A DNA stretch of 56,546 bases, from positions 1 through 56,546 of the forward strand of contig DAHVAM010000001.1 in the NCBI GenBank assembly GCA_027314605.1, read 5' to 3'. Within the stretch, counting starts at the first letter, position 1; every line of letters starts with the position of its first letter. Both the position numbers and the translations under genes were made by a program. Origin of the DNA: Candidatus Micrarchaeota archaeon (GTDB lineage Archaea > Micrarchaeota > Micrarchaeia > Micrarchaeales > CABMGC01). This document shows positions 17,254 through 26,552 of this stretch, one piece after another. The notes beneath the pieces are model-generated. The model was not told where the DNA came from. It saw only the letters and a list, made by a program, of their open reading frames with translations, and made no database searches.

Positions 17254-17970
17254 TCAGCGCTTCCTCACCACAAAGTAAGCCGCCACTATTATGATGATTA
17301 TCACAACAATTATGACTGCGTAGAGCAGCGTGTTGTTTCCTCCTGTGCTATTGGCGGGTGTCGTTACTGTCGTGGTGCTCTGGTTAGGCGTGGAGTTCTC
17401 TGCAGATCTCTGGATATTTCCAGCGATGCCTACTGCAGTGGTATTCGCTCCGTTTCCTGTTGAGGAAGAATTTGTTATAGCACCGGGTTTTGTGGTAGAG
17501 GGGGAACTCGATACGGGAGCGTAGTTCGCTACCTTTGCGACATACCATATGCCTCCGATCCCATTGCCGCTTACCTGGGCCTGCCCAGTGTCTCCGGCGT
17601 AGGTATAAAGCGGCCTGCCCAGATACGTCAGCTGCTTCCCTCCTCCTGTCCTATTTATGGATCCGAAACTGGAGGAATTTAGTCCCGAAGGCAGGTTCAA
17701 AGTGGAATTGTAATATGCATGCCAGATCTGCGCGCAAGCGCCATAGCATGAGCTGGTGCCTCCGTATGCGCTCTCCTGCGTGTTGGTGTAAAGCGCGTAG
17801 CCGTTGTTCGTAGTAAGATAGTTTCCTACGGCAGAATTGTAGTTTACATTTACGCTGAAGGCGCCTGCAGCTGCGCCGCTGCCCGTAGCCGCAGCAACAA
17901 TGCCCAACGAAGCTGCAAGAGCAGCTATCATAACCAATGTACCAAATGTTTTAGACATTCCTTTCACCAA
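17254..17970 (-). CDS. secreted protein with two Yx(FWY)xxD-type 'secreted repeat' (PF03640-like) units, S/T-rich linker and C-terminal TM anchor
   Basis: Signal-like MSKTFGTLVMIAALAASLGIVAA. Repeats are GYALYTNTQESAYGGTSSCYGACAQIWHAY and GKQLTYLGRPLYTYAGDTGQAQVSGNGIGGIWYVA. The tail is LLYAVIIVVIIIIIVAAYFVVRKR. Confidence 0.65.
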   Translation of the reverse strand: MVKGMSKTFGTLVMIAALAASLGIVAAATGSGAAAGAFSVNVNYNSAVGNYLTTNNGYALYTNTQESAYGGTSSCYGACAQIWHAYYNSTLNLPSGLNSSSFGSINRTGGGKQLTYLGRPLYTYAGDTGQAQVSGNGIGGIWYVAKVANYAPVSSSPSTTKPGAITNSSSTGNGANTTAVGIAGNIQRSAENSTPNQSTTTVTTPANSTGGNNTLLYAVIIVVIIIIIVAAYFVVRKR

Positions 17971-18160
17971 AATCTACATATCCATAACTCAGAAAAGTTC
18001 TTAAATGGTTCGGAAAACGCAAAGCAAGAAAAGAGGGCAGAAGGCCCCAAACCGGCCGATTCGCATAAACGCAGGCTAACGGAACATCTGTTTTTCAGTT
18101 TCTTTTCACCGGATTAGTTAAGCCTATAAACCTAATCTGCCTAATTCATCCTGTGTAAAC

Positions 18161-18859
18161 ATGGACCATAGGGACGATCCCTCAAGCCAGAACCTCTACC
18201 AAAAGGAGCTCGAGGAGCAGATGAGCGGAAACCAGGTAATCTACAACGACCAGGTCATGATAAACGGCAAGCCCCACAGGGTGCCGTACAAGATGATAAA
18301 GGAGGTAGAGTTCAGCGGCGTCAACAAGGAGCAGATGATAGACATGGAGCACGCTGCAAGGCTCCAGTACAGGCTCATGCTCCAGGACACCGTCATAAGG
18401 GCAAAGGTCGAATTCGTAAAGCAGAAGATTACCGTCGTATACAATCCTGTCGGCGCGGAAAACAACAAGCCGAAGATATCGAAGGAGGATCTCATCAATT
18501 TCATCGGAAAGGAAGGAGTCAGGATAGACCCTTCGCAGATGAAGGAAAGGGATTTTGACTATTTCAAGGAGATGTACACTTATCAATTCAGCCCTCCATC
18601 GGTGAGGGAGAGGCCTCCTTACGGGTACACGATGGAGGAATGGAAGAAGATGCGCGACGAGTACAACAAGAAGGCGGCAGACGGCCGCGTCGACAACTAC
18701 AAGAAGTTCCAGGAGTGGCAGGACTCGTACGCAGAGCGCCATCCTGACATACTTGGAGAGAGGATGTCAGCAACCCCCAAGAAGCAGGGACTCATGGAGA
18801 AGCTATTCGGGAAGAAGAAGGGCGACAAGGAGAAGGGCTTCTGGTTCCACGGCGTCTGA
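18161..18859 (+). CDS. hypothetical cytoplasmic protein (Lys/Glu-rich)
   Basis: 232-aa ORF with window-typical codon and amino-acid usage and no overlapping better ORF. The central AKVEFVKQKITVVYNPV...ISKEDLINFIGKEGVRI resembles a ferredoxin-like (HMA-type) fold without CxxC. Confidence 0.6.
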   Translation: MDHRDDPSSQNLYQKELEEQMSGNQVIYNDQVMINGKPHRVPYKMIKEVEFSGVNKEQMIDMEHAARLQYRLMLQDTVIRAKVEFVKQKITVVYNPVGAENNKPKISKEDLINFIGKEGVRIDPSQMKERDFDYFKEMYTYQFSPPSVRERPPYGYTMEEWKKMRDEYNKKAADGRVDNYKKFQEWQDSYAERHPDILGERMSATPKKQGLMEKLFGKKKGDKEKGFWFHGV

Positions 18860-18890
18860 AAGAACGCTTCCTTCTGCCCAATCCTAATCT

Positions 18891-19457
18891 GTGAAACCCA
18901 TGTCAAGGAAAACAATAGGCATTGATGTGGACGGTGTGCTCGCAGACAGCATGTCGAGGTGGCTCCAAGAGGCAGAAAGGCGCTACGGAATAAAAGCACT
19001 CAAAGCCGACATAACCGAATACGAGCTATCCGATGTATTCCCCATACTCACGCATCAGCAGATTCTGGACGACTGGAAGCACATATGGGGCAATTACCAC
19101 GAGATAAGATTGGAAGATCGGGATATACCCTCGATAACCGACAACCTGCATGGCAAGTTCGATATCTATGTCACGACTGCAAATCCCAGCCCGAACATAC
19201 AGAAATGGCTCAAGATGAACAACATCGTATACGATAAAATCATCCAACTCCCAAGCCACACTGATAAACACAAGCTTGATTCTGTCGGCCTGTATGTAGA
19301 CGATTTTCCCGAGGTAATAGACAGCGCAATAAAAACTGGGAAGGCCGCAATAATCTTCAGGCAGCCGTACAACGACGAGTTCATCAAGAACAACAGCGGC
19401 GTACCTGTCGCATACAACTGGAGGGACTTGGAGGACATCCTAATGACACAGTTCTGA
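18891..19457 (+). CDS. HAD-superfamily 5'(3')-deoxyribonucleotidase-like phosphatase
   Basis: The IGIDVDGVLAD motif I (DxDxV/T) and the size and layout are typical of NT5C-type nucleotidases. Confidence 0.7.
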   Translation: MKPMSRKTIGIDVDGVLADSMSRWLQEAERRYGIKALKADITEYELSDVFPILTHQQILDDWKHIWGNYHEIRLEDRDIPSITDNLHGKFDIYVTTANPSPNIQKWLKMNNIVYDKIIQLPSHTDKHKLDSVGLYVDDFPEVIDSAIKTGKAAIIFRQPYNDEFIKNNSGVPVAYNWRDLEDILMTQF

Positions 19458-19468
19458 TTCCTGTAACG

Positions 19469-19476
19469 TTTAAATA
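19469..19476 (+). promoter_or_regulatory. TATA box upstream of tRNA-Phe
   Basis: TTTAAATA lies 36-43 nt upstream of the mature tRNA 5' end. Confidence 0.5.
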
Positions 19477-19511
19477 GATGCTTAAGGGAATACTTACTAC
19501 CCTCAGTACAT

Positions 19512-19585
19512 GCCGCAGTAGCTCAGTCCGGGAGAGCGTCCGCCTGAAGAGCGGAATGTCGCAGTTTCAAATACTGCCTGCGGCA
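19512..19585 (+). tRNA. tRNA-Phe (anticodon GAA), no intron, CCA not encoded
   Basis: Hand-folded cloverleaf: acceptor GCCGCAG/CTGCGGC, D arm GCTC-AGTCCGGGA-GAGC, anticodon arm TCCGC-CTGAAGA-GCGGA, variable ATGTC, T arm GCAGT-TTCAAAT-ACTGC, discriminator A. Confidence 0.95.
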
Positions 19586-19623
19586 TATTTAAATTTCTAA
19601 AAGAAGGAATTAAATCGGATTCT

Positions 19624-20928
19624 ATGCTGAAAGCCCTGAAGGAAACGCGAGGCGCCCTCAAGGGTGTCAAAGCCGTCATCTTCGAGACCGAGAACGTCCT
19701 CGCAGGCGGCGCCTTCATAGATTCGCAGAGAGTTGCCCATCTAAAGGAGTCGAGAAGGGCCGGCAGCATCGGCATGGGCAGATACCTCTCAAGGCGCATA
19801 GCCGAAGGCGTTACGGTGGGCGCAAAAAGGTTTCTCGAGGGGGATTCGCAGGCGACAGCGGCGTCCTACCGGTTGCTGAAGGGGCATCCCTGCGACCTAA
19901 GCTTCGGCACTATGGTCAGGCTGGCCGAAGCACACCTGATGAAGCGCAGGGCACCGATAGGCAGCGCCCTCGCGTCTGAGCTCCATAACCGGGGCTATCC
20001 CACATTCGGCATAACGGCAGGCGGCTCCAGTGCCTCCCAAGCCGTCAAGGAATACTATGGTATGGCTGATGCCATCTCCAACACCGAATTCTATCGCAAT
20101 GGCAGGCTCTGCGGATTTTCTGCCACCCTCGGCGGCCAGGCAAATCTGGCGTACCACGTGAAGGACATGCTCTGGCAGATTCACGCATCAGTCGAAGAGT
20201 GCGGGGTTGTTGCGTCAAGCAGCTGCTACCTGCTTCTCTCGGAACTTGCGAAGGTGAGCGTCGCCGCTCCTGGCGCAAGCCCCTCAATCATGGGCGTAAG
20301 CCATGTCAAGCTGCCGTCCCTTAGGGGCGGCGCATACGCGCAGGCGCTTAACTGCCGGACCACACTCGGGGAGATGACGGCCCTGGACTTTGCCAGGCAC
20401 CTGCTCGCAGATCCTGTGACGAACGTCACCCTGATAGGCATGCCTGCCGTCGGAAAGAGCGAACTGGGAAGAAGACTCAAGGAGGCTCTGGGCTACAACC
20501 TTGTGGACACCGACGAGGCGATAGAGAAGATGTTCGGGGGCAGGCCTCTGCAGGGCATTGTCGACGAAGTTGGACATGCGGCGTTCATGCGCATCGAGGA
20601 GGAGGCAATACTGCGCCTGGGAAGGATGGAGAAGACTATCATTGCAACCGGCGGCAGCGCAGTCTACCGCGAAAAGGCCATGGACTTCCTAAGCAGCCAG
20701 TCCTGGATGGTATACCTTGAAGCGCCGCTCGAAGTCATAAGGTCAAGATTCAAGGGGAAACAGGACAGGGGCGTGGTCAGCCTCAAAGGCGGCAGCCTCG
20801 AATCCGTGTACGAGGAGAGGAAGCTGCTATACCCGAAGCATGCAGACTTTGTCATGGATGCAAGCGGCGACGACCTAAGCGCCAAGGTCTTGCAGGTGAA
20901 AGAATACCTCGCCGGAGCAAAGCGATGA
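19624..20928 (+). CDS. two-domain protein: degenerate HAD-like N-terminal domain fused to an AroK-type (P-loop) shikimate kinase domain
   Basis: The C-terminal part has VTLIGMPAVGKSELGRRLKEALGYNLVDTDEAIE...GHAAFMRIEEEAIL...IIATGGSAV, the AroK/AroL pattern. The N-terminal part has VKAVIFETENVL in place of the HAD motif I DxDxT, FGITAGGS (motif II-like), and no GDGxND. Confidence 0.75.
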   Translation: MLKALKETRGALKGVKAVIFETENVLAGGAFIDSQRVAHLKESRRAGSIGMGRYLSRRIAEGVTVGAKRFLEGDSQATAASYRLLKGHPCDLSFGTMVRLAEAHLMKRRAPIGSALASELHNRGYPTFGITAGGSSASQAVKEYYGMADAISNTEFYRNGRLCGFSATLGGQANLAYHVKDMLWQIHASVEECGVVASSSCYLLLSELAKVSVAAPGASPSIMGVSHVKLPSLRGGAYAQALNCRTTLGEMTALDFARHLLADPVTNVTLIGMPAVGKSELGRRLKEALGYNLVDTDEAIEKMFGGRPLQGIVDEVGHAAFMRIEEEAILRLGRMEKTIIATGGSAVYREKAMDFLSSQSWMVYLEAPLEVIRSRFKGKQDRGVVSLKGGSLESVYEERKLLYPKHADFVMDASGDDLSAKVLQVKEYLAGAKR

Positions 20929-20950
20929 TCGCGGAGCAAAGCGATGATCG
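20913..20950. repeat. perfect 19-bp tandem duplication (CGGAGCAAAGCGATGATCG x2)
   Basis: Read directly: 20913-20931 equals 20932-20950. Copy 1 contains the TGA stop of the upstream gene (20926-28). Copy 2 fills most of the 25-nt spacer to the convergent gene. Confidence 0.95.
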
Positions 20951-20953
20951 AAC

Positions 20954-21472
20954 TCAGTCAAATTCCGCTACCTTGCTCCACCATCTAATGTGCTTTTCCA
21001 GAAACTTGTCCAGTGAATATTTGCTTGTGCCGTATTTTGCGTTTATTATCATAAACAGCAGGAAGACGAAGCCGTAAATGATTCCTGTTCCTATGTCAGT
21101 CGATCCCGGACCATAAGGCCCTCCCAGGCCCTCTGGCACAGCCCATATGAGCAGGCTGAAGAAGAAACCTATGGTGTACGTCACCTTCCGCATGGCGCCG
21201 AGAACCAGCCCGGTTCCCAGCGCAAGCTCTCCGGCGCCTATCATATAGACCCACAGGGCAGGATTCTGGCTTACGACATGAAACCAGAAACCGAACCAGG
21301 GCATCAGCCATTGCGGCTGTCCCCTCCCGGCCGCGACTATCAACTGCGGAAAGAGCTGCGGCGAGTCGAGCGCGAACTTGAACGACCCGTCCACTATCCA
21401 GACAACGCCGAAGATAACCCTGATTACGCTCTTCAGGACATCTGCGTCCCTGTTTATCAAGCCCTTCGCCAT
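20954..21472 (-). CDS. integral membrane protein (4 TM, DoxX-like)
   Basis: VIRVIFGVVWIVDGSFKF, ALWVYMIGAGELALGTGLVLG, YTIGFFFSLLIWAV and GIIYGFVFLLFMII. Confidence 0.6.
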   Translation of the reverse strand: MAKGLINRDADVLKSVIRVIFGVVWIVDGSFKFALDSPQLFPQLIVAAGRGQPQWLMPWFGFWFHVVSQNPALWVYMIGAGELALGTGLVLGAMRKVTYTIGFFFSLLIWAVPEGLGGPYGPGSTDIGTGIIYGFVFLLFMIINAKYGTSKYSLDKFLEKHIRWWSKVAEFD

Positions 21473-21521
21473 GCTCTGATGCTTGGATGTTAAAGCTATA
21501 AATTCCAGCGCTCAATAGTGG

Positions 21522-22424
21522 GTGATGTCCGGAGAGGCCCGATGGTCCAAGGCTGGCGTGAAAGACCTGCGCGCAGCCTCGCAGCCAAGGAGCATGTACG
21601 GCGACAAAAGGCAGAACGGCAGCGTGCTCCTCGTCGGCGGAAGCGGGGAATTCCATGGTGCGCCATCTCTCGCCGCCAACGCCGCATACAATGCCCTCGC
21701 CGCGCTGCGCATGGGTACCGGCTACGTAATCCTCTACGTGCCTGCAATCATACTGAATCCCGTAAGGGCGCTCTCGCCCAATCTCATTGTAAGGGGCTTC
21801 GGAAAGAAGGACATATCCAATGGCGCCATGGCCGCGCTTGGCAGGCAGATGCTGGGAGTCGATTATCTGGCCATAGGGAACGGCATAGGCAGGGAGAAGA
21901 AGGCGCTAGGCGCCGCATCAAAGATAATTAAGAGTGCGCTCTCGCTGAACAAGAAGATCGTTGTCGACGCCGACGCCGTGTATGCACTGAAGGGCATCAG
22001 CAGGCTGAACGGCAATGTAGTGGTGACCCCGCAGGACCGCGAATTCTCCTCTCTCTACGGCTCGCCTCCAGGAAAATATCTGGATGATCGCATCAGGTCT
22101 GCCGTCTCCCTTGCAAGGAAAACCGGGGCATCTGTCTTGCTGAAAGGCCATGACACTATAATCACTGACGGGAAAAGGACGAAAGTCGTGCACTCGAAAT
22201 CCTCAGCACTGGCGACCATGGGCACCGGCGACGTCTTGTCTGGAATGATCGGAGGCTACATGGCGGCTGGCGCGCCTGCGTTCGAGGCTGCAGTGGCAGC
22301 GGCGTACCTGCATTCAAAAATCGGCGACATTCTTAACAGGGAGAAAGGAAACCACATCCTCGCAAGCGACATAGTCGATCTGCTTCCAAGAATACTCAGA
22401 AGGTTTGACAAGGACACGCGGTGA
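21522..22424 (+). CDS. nnrD: ADP-dependent NAD(P)H-hydrate dehydratase (YjeF C-terminal / Nnr2 family)
   Basis: KRQNGSVLLVGGSGEFHGAPSLAANAA, IVVDADA, LLKGHDTII and ALATMGTGDVLSGMIGGYMAAG. The exact start is uncertain. Confidence 0.88.
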   Translation: MMSGEARWSKAGVKDLRAASQPRSMYGDKRQNGSVLLVGGSGEFHGAPSLAANAAYNALAALRMGTGYVILYVPAIILNPVRALSPNLIVRGFGKKDISNGAMAALGRQMLGVDYLAIGNGIGREKKALGAASKIIKSALSLNKKIVVDADAVYALKGISRLNGNVVVTPQDREFSSLYGSPPGKYLDDRIRSAVSLARKTGASVLLKGHDTIITDGKRTKVVHSKSSALATMGTGDVLSGMIGGYMAAGAPAFEAAVAAAYLHSKIGDILNREKGNHILASDIVDLLPRILRRFDKDTR

Positions 22425-22478
22425 AGAAGAACCGATCCGCGGCAAACATATATATGTGCAGAAATCAAAGGAATCTCG

Positions 22479-22838
22479 ATGTTCATGGATACCGAAGTGC
22501 GCACAAGGGGTTCCGGAATCCCAAAGACTGTAATCAGCCCTGGGCAGATACAGTACAATGTGCGTAAAATCCTCTCAGTGCACGAACCCGGAAACATCCA
22601 TGCTAACGATTTCTCCGAGCGTCTCGCCAGAAGAATCGGGGGACGCGGCATCACCGGCACTGATTTCCATTTTGAATGGAAGGAAGCGCTGAGGCAGATT
22701 CCTGGGGCCGACGCTGAAGCCTTGGATGCGATAGACAGGCATTTCGATAAATGCATATCCGCAATTGCGCCGGGCATGCTTTCCGAAGCGATGGCTGTCA
22801 GGGCTGCAAATGCGGCCAGAAGACAAACAGTGTCCTGA
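22479..22838 (+). CDS. hypothetical small protein, translationally coupled to thrC
   Basis: 119-aa ORF whose TGA (22836-38) overlaps the thrC ATG (22838-40) as TGATG. No recognisable motif. Confidence 0.5.
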   Translation: MFMDTEVRTRGSGIPKTVISPGQIQYNVRKILSVHEPGNIHANDFSERLARRIGGRGITGTDFHFEWKEALRQIPGADAEALDAIDRHFDKCISAIAPGMLSEAMAVRAANAARRQTVS

Positions 22839-23893
22839 TGGAATATTACCTCAAATGCATTGCCTGCGGCGTCGAATACACCCAAAGGCATCCATACCAG
22901 ACATGCGGCATCTGCGGCAAAAACCTCGAAGTCATGTACCTGGAAAAGCCGAGATTCAAGAAAAGGGGCAAGGAATTCTGGGATTACGAATACCTTCTTC
23001 CGAATGCAAAGTACAGGCATACGGAGCTCGGGGGGACAAAGCTAATCGAGAGCAAGGATTCTAACCTTCTCCTGAAGCTCGAGATGGAAAATCCCACAAA
23101 GTCGTTCAAGGACCGGGGATCGGTGGTGGAGATAGCAAAGGCAAAGGAGTACAAATACAAAACCATCGTCTGCGCATCGACAGGCAACATGGCATATTCG
23201 CTGGCATATTACGCAAAGCTCGAGGGCATGCATGCGAGGATATTCATAGGCGGAAGCGCAAACAAGCACAAGCTTCGGGACATCAGGGAGGTGCGCGACG
23301 CTGAGATAGAGCACGTGAAGGGAGACTTCAACAAGGCGCTGGATCTTGCGTACAGGTATGCAAGCAGGCATAAGGCATTCCTCGCCGGCGACTATTGCTA
23401 CAGGAAAGAGGGCCAGAAGACTGTGGCATACGAAATAATGAGCCAGGCGCCCTCGGCGACGCACATAATAGTGCCTGTGGGAAACGCAACATTGCTCAGC
23501 GGGGTACACAAAGGCCTAAAGGAGCTGAAGAGCGCCGGACAGATAGGAAGGTATCCAAAGATAATAGCCGTACAGGCTGAGAGGTGCAGCCCCCTCGCAA
23601 CGGCATTCAGGAAGAAAAAGGAGATCAGGTACAAAAGGCCTGGCACAGCCGCAGACGCTATAGCTGTGGGATATCCGACCTTCGGCAGCCAGGGCCTGGA
23701 CGCGATACGGCAGACCTCGGGCACAGTCGTGACAGTAAGCGAAAGAGAGATGAAGAGGGAGCAGAAGGAATTCCTAAAGGAATACGGTCTTGTCGCGGAG
23801 CTGGCCGGCGCCGCAGGCATAGCCGCCGCAAGGAAACTCCGGCTAAGGAAAGATGACAAGGCGGTTGCAATTGTCAGCGGAGGAAACGTCTAA
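22838..23893 (+). CDS. thrC: threonine synthase (PLP-dependent, with N-terminal Cys4 zinc-ribbon)
   Basis: MEYYLKCIACGVEY...CGICGKNLEV, PLP-lysine motif ENPTKSFKDRGS, STGNMAYSLAYYA and VPVGNATLLSG. The start was moved to M30 of the track ORF. Confidence 0.92.
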   Translation: MEYYLKCIACGVEYTQRHPYQTCGICGKNLEVMYLEKPRFKKRGKEFWDYEYLLPNAKYRHTELGGTKLIESKDSNLLLKLEMENPTKSFKDRGSVVEIAKAKEYKYKTIVCASTGNMAYSLAYYAKLEGMHARIFIGGSANKHKLRDIREVRDAEIEHVKGDFNKALDLAYRYASRHKAFLAGDYCYRKEGQKTVAYEIMSQAPSATHIIVPVGNATLLSGVHKGLKELKSAGQIGRYPKIIAVQAERCSPLATAFRKKKEIRYKRPGTAADAIAVGYPTFGSQGLDAIRQTSGTVVTVSEREMKREQKEFLKEYGLVAELAGAAGIAAARKLRLRKDDKAVAIVSGGNV

Positions 23894-24306
23894 TCCGATT
23901 TCCTGAACATCCTGTAGACCGCTGAGGCGAAAAGCAGGACTACAAGGACATGCACCGAGGTGCACCAGATGCAGATGTGCCCGACAATCCTCTCAATGTC
24001 TACAAAATACGCCACTGACCCGATGCCGACAATGTCCCATATCAGTATAGTGTCTATGTTCCTGAAATAGAGGAGGAATATGGCAACAGCGAAGAAGATT
24101 ATCCCGTAGACTGCGATAGGTAATCCCAGGATGTAGGCGTACTGGCTGTTCAGCACGCTGGCGCAGTCTATCAGGCCGCTTTCCGAGCAGACCAGCGGCA
24201 CGCCGCTGTAGTGGTAGAGCGTCAGGTAAATGGAGATTGCCAAACCTAGAAACGCGGCAGTGTATTCAGCTGCGCGCAGCCTGTCTACTGCCATCCGAGC
24301 ATGCAC
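23890..24306 (-). CDS. vitamin K epoxide reductase (VKOR) family membrane oxidoreductase
   Basis: Loop cysteines in VPLVCSESGLIDCASVLNSQYA, the active-site CIWC in a TM helix, and 4 TM segments. Confidence 0.8.
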   Translation of the reverse strand: MHARMAVDRLRAAEYTAAFLGLAISIYLTLYHYSGVPLVCSESGLIDCASVLNSQYAYILGLPIAVYGIIFFAVAIFLLYFRNIDTILIWDIVGIGSVAYFVDIERIVGHICIWCTSVHVLVVLLFASAVYRMFRKSD

Positions 24307-25089
24307 CTAAACTGGCTCCAGGCTCTTCACGTATGGCTGCGAGCAGACGCTAGAAGGCGTATTGTTGTCTATCGCGCAGATCTGCGCCGTCAGGAGGTTC
24401 GCAGTGCCGACTATCGCCTCTGCCTGGACTGATGACGAGTTGTGAAGCAGCGAAGCTATAGTTGTCCAGTTCTTGCCTCCCAGGATGCTGAGAGGGTCGT
24501 AAGACGCGTTCACGAGGAACGTCCTGTTTGCGAACAACATGTACGGTATGCCGCCGTTCGGATCGTACCTGGAATAAAGGTATGCCTCGCTTGTGTTCGG
24601 CTGCTGCAACGGCGTCCTGTTGTTCGTTGTCTGCTCCACTGACACGAATGAGATGTATGGGCTGTAGTATGTGGAGTTGTAGAAGGTGAATGTGGGCGTG
24701 CTAGGCGCGTAGTCGTTCGGATCAGAGGTCATGTACCGCAGGTTGGTGAAGTTTCCAAATCTCATCAGCGATATTACCATGGCCCACCGTTCAGCTGCGC
24801 AGAACGGGCAGTACTCCGCTCCTATGTAGAGCACCTCGGGCTTGCCGTTCAGCGTTATCGGCGAATTGTCTAGCCTGTGCACGTTGTTTGTGGGGGAGAC
24901 GCCTATTCCTATCTGGTTGGCCTCAGTGTTGGAGATGCTCAGCATGCCTATCAGGCTCTGCGGCACTACCTTGTTGTCATAGCTTGTCAGGTTCGCATTC
25001 AGGGCCTTGCCCGTTGTCGCAACCAGAACGGCGACAACGGCCATTATCAGAATCACAACAATCGCATAGATGTATGTGCGCTTCACCAT
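24307..25089 (-). CDS. DUF929-type membrane-anchored thioredoxin-fold protein (CPFC)
   Basis: N-terminal anchor [18 protein letters not shown] and [28 protein letters not shown], the DUF929 signature. Its stop directly abuts the VKOR start (24307/24306). Confidence 0.75.
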   Translation of the reverse strand: MVKRTYIYAIVVILIMAVVAVLVATTGKALNANLTSYDNKVVPQSLIGMLSISNTEANQIGIGVSPTNNVHRLDNSPITLNGKPEVLYIGAEYCPFCAAERWAMVISLMRFGNFTNLRYMTSDPNDYAPSTPTFTFYNSTYYSPYISFVSVEQTTNNRTPLQQPNTSEAYLYSRYDPNGGIPYMLFANRTFLVNASYDPLSILGGKNWTTIASLLHNSSSVQAEAIVGTANLLTAQICAIDNNTPSSVCSQPYVKSLEPV

Positions 25090-25127
25090 ATCATATCCTC
25101 TATAATTAGCGTCATATCCCTAAAATC

Positions 25128-26546
25128 CTAAAGTATATATCCTTTTTCCTCGTCTTCGGCCTGGCCCAGGTTCGCCCTGACGCGTTCCATTATGGATCTT
25201 ATTATCTCCTTCTTGTTCCCCTCCCTGCTGACCTTTATGCTCGCCGCATTCTTGTGCCCGCCTCCGGATTCTATGGCCTCGGCGTGCATCTCCTTCATGT
25301 GCGATATTATGCCTGGTATGTCGATCCTGTCACTGATGCCGCCGCTCACCCTCATCGATATGTATGAATTGTGGTGCACTATCACCATGCTCGGCCTGCC
25401 GTCTATCTCCTCTATCCTCACGAGGAGCCTCGATGCAAATCTTCCCGGAAGCGGATACTTAGTGTCAGCCGCCCTCAGCTCGCCATAATCCAGGACGAAG
25501 AGGCCCGCGCCGCCTGCCTTGGATGCCTTCACCGACCTCAGCGCAGCGTCAAGCACCTCCTCCATGCGCATCTTGGCATAACTGTACAGCTCGCTCCTCC
25601 TCTCCTTGTCATTCAGCGCGCTCTCCATCTCGGAAGGGGTCAGGTTGCCGTTTGACTTGGCGACTATCCTCGGATCGCTTGTCAGGAGGTCGAGTATAGT
25701 AGACTCCGCAATGCCCGCGTTTTCCTGCGGAGCCAAAATGCTGCAGTCTCCGATCAACGACGCGCGCTCCAAATCGCCTGTCTCGGAATCCGAGAACGTG
25801 TGCGAGAAGACGCATGCTAAGAGCCCGGCGGTGTAGCTCGATTCTCCCCCGAATGCCCAGGGATTGATGTAATGGGGCAGCGCCTCACCGGCAAACCCTT
25901 CCTCCATCGGGTGGTGGTCCAGCCATATGACATCGAACTTCTCCCTGACGGCGCTTATCCCTTCGTTGCTCCCAATCGACGTGCCGAAGTCTATTATCAT
26001 GAGGAGCGGCTTCTCCATGGAAGAGTAATTGTTCGCGACAAGCGTGTCCCACTCGGCGTCCCTTGCCCCGTAGGTTACCCCCCTGTGCATTATCCAGATT
26101 ATATTGGGCTTCACCGAGGCAGATTCGGCGAAGGCCTGCACTCCCCTGTATACTCCGATGGCGCCGCTTGATCCGTCGGCATCGTTATGGAAGCGTATTA
26201 TCACCGGAGCGCCAGCCATGAGCTTCTTCAGGAAAAGCTTCGACGCTCCCATGAGCCTGCTCCACATTCTTTCAGTGGTGCCGTCTATGCCTCTGATTCC
26301 TGTTGCATAGGGGCTAGATCTCACTGCCTTCTCTATGGACTCCTCAATCAGCCTACCTGCCAAGGAGAGGCACTGGGACGGGTCCTCCGGCACAGGCTCA
26401 ACCTTCTCTCCCACTTCGACAAGCTCTCCCGGGTTCAGCATAAGGTCGCTGCGCGTCTCAGTCGCGATTATCTTGCCGTTCTCCGGTGAGATTATTGTAT
26501 ATGTGTTGCCGGCGCCGTGCCTCACGCATGAGACTATTCCCTTCAT
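25128..26546 (-). CDS. DHH/DHHA1 phosphoesterase, archaeal RecJ-like (HAN/GAN-like) with an N-terminal OB-like domain
   Basis: IIRFHNDADGSSGAIG (motif I/II), VIWLDHHP (DHH) and ESGGGHKNAASIK (DHHA1 GGGH). The N-terminal 50 aa look beta-rich and OB-like. Confidence 0.85.
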   Translation of the reverse strand: MKGIVSCVRHGAGNTYTIISPENGKIIATETRSDLMLNPGELVEVGEKVEPVPEDPSQCLSLAGRLIEESIEKAVRSSPYATGIRGIDGTTERMWSRLMGASKLFLKKLMAGAPVIIRFHNDADGSSGAIGVYRGVQAFAESASVKPNIIWIMHRGVTYGARDAEWDTLVANNYSSMEKPLLMIIDFGTSIGSNEGISAVREKFDVIWLDHHPMEEGFAGEALPHYINPWAFGGESSYTAGLLACVFSHTFSDSETGDLERASLIGDCSILAPQENAGIAESTILDLLTSDPRIVAKSNGNLTPSEMESALNDKERRSELYSYAKMRMEEVLDAALRSVKASKAGGAGLFVLDYGELRAADTKYPLPGRFASRLLVRIEEIDGRPSMVIVHHNSYISMRVSGGISDRIDIPGIISHMKEMHAEAIESGGGHKNAASIKVSREGNKKEIIRSIMERVRANLGQAEDEEKGYIL

Positions 26547-26552
26547 GCATTA

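Noticed and set aside
22256-23020. 254-aa ORF on the minus strand
   Set aside because: It is antisense to the 3' end of nnrD, the coupled small ORF and the 5' end of thrC, all of which have strong motif support. It has no motifs of its own. It is a typical shadow ORF in GC-rich coding DNA.
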